Assembly: GCA_021613535.1 (NCBI GenBank)
Contig: CP075497.1
Span: forward strand, 1,116,001-1,180,000
Direction of reading: 5' to 3'
Length of the DNA: 64,000 nt
Source: Adineta vaga
Lineage: Eukaryota; Animalia; Rotifera
Of the stretch, positions 60,673-64,000 are shown piece after piece. The notes below the pieces were generated by a model. It saw only the letters and a list, made by a program, of their open reading frames with translations. It had not been told where the DNA came from and did no database searches. The first letter of the stretch is position 1, and every line of letters begins with the position of its first letter. The position numbers were made by a program, and so were the translations under genes.

Positions 60673-61745
60673 AAAATTATTCTCGATATCCATGCTTATC
60701 CACAACAATGTAAAAAAGCATACGATCTAATGAATTCTCTTCATAATATTTCATGTTTGAATAAATTTTACTATAACTACTAAATAAAATAATACGCTAA
60801 AGTTTAACAGGTTATACAGAATATTTAAAATGGTGTCTTCGAGAGGATGTTGATTAAGATTATAGTCTCATCATCATCACTCACACCCTCGAGATGCAAT
60901 ATGTTACACTTCGTGATGGTAGTGGTCCGCAAATCGATGCTGGCGGACATTCAATGGGACTTGCCATATTACCTAAAAATATTGGGGGTGTTTATTGATT
61001 TTGACTGATTTATACTATGATCGACCACTTGAAGTTTTTATTTTGTCTAATAAAAGAAAAATCTATTCAATTATTTTTTTAAGGTGTGGATGAGAGAACG
61101 CGCCCTCTGATTCTCAACAATAAAGAAACACATCTCTATCACCTATAGTATCCGATGATTCAGTCGATCAAAGTAGAAGACATGAAAGTGACATACAACT
61201 TCATGTTGATGAAAACGAACAGATTTGTACAAATACACCTTTGAATTTTAAGAATCTTAGCATCGATGATCACTACGATATGATAGACACTGACAATCAA
61301 TCCTTTTTCGAATAAAATCATTCAGATATATCTTTAATTGTGAACGATTTTCCAACTGATGGTCAACCAGAAGTGATGGAAATTGATGAATAATCTTCTT
61401 TTGAAAGTTATGAAAATACTGATTTGAACACGAGAAGGGTTCTTGATTACTTTTTTCTTACGTCTAATTTTAAAAACCTCACATACACCGATCAGATTTC
61501 ATGTCGAGGGAAAATAATCATTCGTTTAATAGAAAAATTACCATTTATAACTGTACACAATAAAGATCAATCCGCACAATTAAAATCGAAAAAAGAATAT
61601 TCTGTTCAAGCATTTGATTGAGTTTATGCTAGAACTCGTACAAGTGGAGATACGGCAATTGTTTATATAGTTCTCTTTCGATAATTAATAATTGATGTCT
61701 TTATTTCTCTGTAAAAACGAATATTCGCATTTCTATTGATTTTTT

Positions 61746-64000
61746 TTATAATGTTCGACGAAAACGTTGTTCAATTTGAGTTCGATATCGTGCAATGGAT
61801 TTCTTGTATTCTTTTTTATAAAATTTTGATAGTAAAACAAAGATAAGAAATGTAATCATTGGTGGAATAAATGAAATAAAATATCCCGAAAGAAATATCC
61901 ATGAATCGTGTGTTGAATTCATACATTTCGATACATAAGAAAGAATTAATCGTGGTAATGCAAGAATAAATAAGACCACAGGTGCAATTAATAAATGTTG
62001 ATGTTGTCGAAATTGTTCACGTAACATATATTTATATGGTCGATCTTTACGAATATAAAGTTTTTGATGAGATTTTTTTGTTATCAAAATAATTGATGAA
62101 ATAAAATTAATTAAAAATGGAAGAAAAAAAATGAAATGTATTTACAATTCGATTATAAATTTGTAAATGAGATGAATATTTCAAAACACACCAGATTCGT
62201 TTCTTATCATCATTATCATTTTCTCGTTCTTCAAATAAATTTCGATGAAATGGATCATGAATAGATGTTGAAATAATGAAAATTACAAGAATAATTAAAA
62301 CTTTTTTAGCGAATTTTTTACTTGTTTTTTTATTAAAACGAGTTTCTTGACACACTGTTATAGCTCTTTCTAAAGCAACATATGCATTTAACCATTGATC
62401 CATATTTAAACAAATTCGTAGAAGAAAATCCAATGAATAACATTGAATTTTGATGAACAATTGATTTGATGGTATTGAAATTCGTGTTGAAAGATAAGTA
62501 AAATATTTTAATCCAAAGAAAATCATTGTGAATATTGTTGTTATTGATGAACCAAATAAATAAATTTCACAACCGACTTCACGTAGACTTTTATTCTTAA
62601 ATGTAATTAATGAAAGAATTCCATTACTTAATCCTATGATCATAACTAAAAATGTCAATGAAAAACTTATTTTTACAATAGGTGTTTGATGAATAAGACT
62701 AACAGCAGGAATAATATGATAAGCTAAAATAGCATCAAGTGATAAAGCAAATTCATTGGTTGTAAATTGACATCGTGTTCCATAATAACATGAATCACAA
62801 ATACATATGGATCGTTTTGGACAATCGAGTGAATCTTGAAAACATTGTCCACCATTTTCGCATTCATTTTGTCCAAAACAATCAAATCGCATTTGATGAT
62901 TAAAATTGAAACAATTTGCTGAACGTTTATCTTGATGATTATAACATAAACAAAGATAAATATCATCATGAAAACATAAAAGATTCGATGAATAATTTTG
63001 ACAAATTAAATGATAAGATTTTATACGACGAAGAACATGCAATTGAGAAAATGTTTTATTGACTAATGTATTTATGGATGGACAACGTTGAGATGAATTT
63101 ATTCTTTCGATTATTGTCGTAGAATAACGATAAATTGGTTGAAGAATAACTAAATAATAGATTTTATCTAATGTTTCAATAAAAGTTAAATGAAATGGTT
63201 GTAACCAATAAATTCTTATAGAATTTGTTGCTTGAGATATTGGTTGTAAAGTTGTTAATCTTTGTGGATTATTTTCTAGAAGATCAGGCGAAGGATTTAA
63301 ATAAGGAATAATTGTAATAAAATGAATAAAAACTGAATGAGATAAATCAATATTCTTATCAAATATAAGATCAATTCGATTTGCAATTAATTCACATTGA
63401 TTTCCATGAAAATCTTTTGGACAAATACAAAAATATTTTCTATTGGTTGATGACATAAAATCATCATAAGGAAAACATGTACCATTATTTTGACAAGGAA
63501 AACTTTCACATATTCGATTTCGAAGATAACATTGAGAACCAAATTGATTATTTGGACAAATACATATGGATCGATTATTATTTAATTTTCCAATACATAA
63601 CGAATTCGATGAACATTTACAATTATACGGTATATGACATTATTCACCAGATCATCCTTGTTCACATTGACAAAATATTTGTTTGGTATTGAAATAATTT
63701 AGACATTTTCCATGAATAATCATTTTCTAATGGAATATTTATAAGAAATGCTAAACGATGATGAACAGGTAAAAATAAAAATTTGATTGGATAAAAAAAA
63801 CTTCCTCGATAAATTTTTAATGAAAATGTTTCATAAATATCAATATGTATTGAATAAGTTTTATTCATATCTTTTGGTCGATTTAAATAATATAAATGAA
63901 TATTAAATTTGATTTTACAATCTCGTATTGATAAATATGTAAATTGTTCATAAGAATGAATCATTCGTTGATTTGCATTATCAATAAGTAAAATAAAAAT
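61746..64000 (-). pseudogene. 3' part of an EGF-repeat plus rhodopsin-type 7TM receptor, disabled
   Basis: EGF repeats (CICPKDFHGNQC, CENGGQC..CYYGTRC) and 7TM (GCEIYL, QWLNAYVALERA). In-frame stops at 63652-63654 (TGA where Trp is expected) and 63640-63642 (TAA where Tyr is expected), a frameshift near 63715 and a +1 homopolymer frameshift near 62125. Confidence 0.8.

Noticed and set aside
63640-63654. Stop-codon reassignment (TGA=Trp, TAA=Tyr)
   Set aside because: Other genes in the window use TAA/TGA/TAG as normal stops and TGG for Trp, and frameshifts in the same gene indicate a pseudogene.

Overview
This is AT-rich, gene-dense eukaryotic DNA with short (about 50 bp) GT-AG introns. The gene content (intron-containing NRPS, ART-TPR, F-box/LRR, divergent rhodopsin GPCRs, EGF-GPCR, DUF3494, BAHD transferase) best fits a bdelloid rotifer, which is an inference. 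About 19 protein genes and one pseudogene can be reconstructed. Main findings: (1) Six minus-strand ORFs plus one unlisted exon at 17519-25745 splice into one 8-exon, about 2619-aa NRPS (A-T-C-A-T-C-T). It ends in a fused fungal-type FAD monooxygenase instead of a thioesterase, its starter A domain lacks the amino-binding Asp, and it lies tail-to-tail with a fungal-type AMID/FSP1-like oxidoreductase. (2) More than 20 short hairpin elements built from TGAGGG/TGTGGG telomere-like units sit mostly between genes. (3) A type II membrane lectin-like gene has a Ser/Thr stalk encoded by seven symmetric micro-exons and an apparently circularly permuted carbohydrate-binding domain. (4) An orphan ORF pair carries a HEPN RNxxxH motif inside a transposon-like block. 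(5) A DUF3494 ice-binding protein has a GPI-like tail, and an arrestin-fold protein has a signal-peptide-like leader. All family calls come from motif recognition by eye; no database searches were run.
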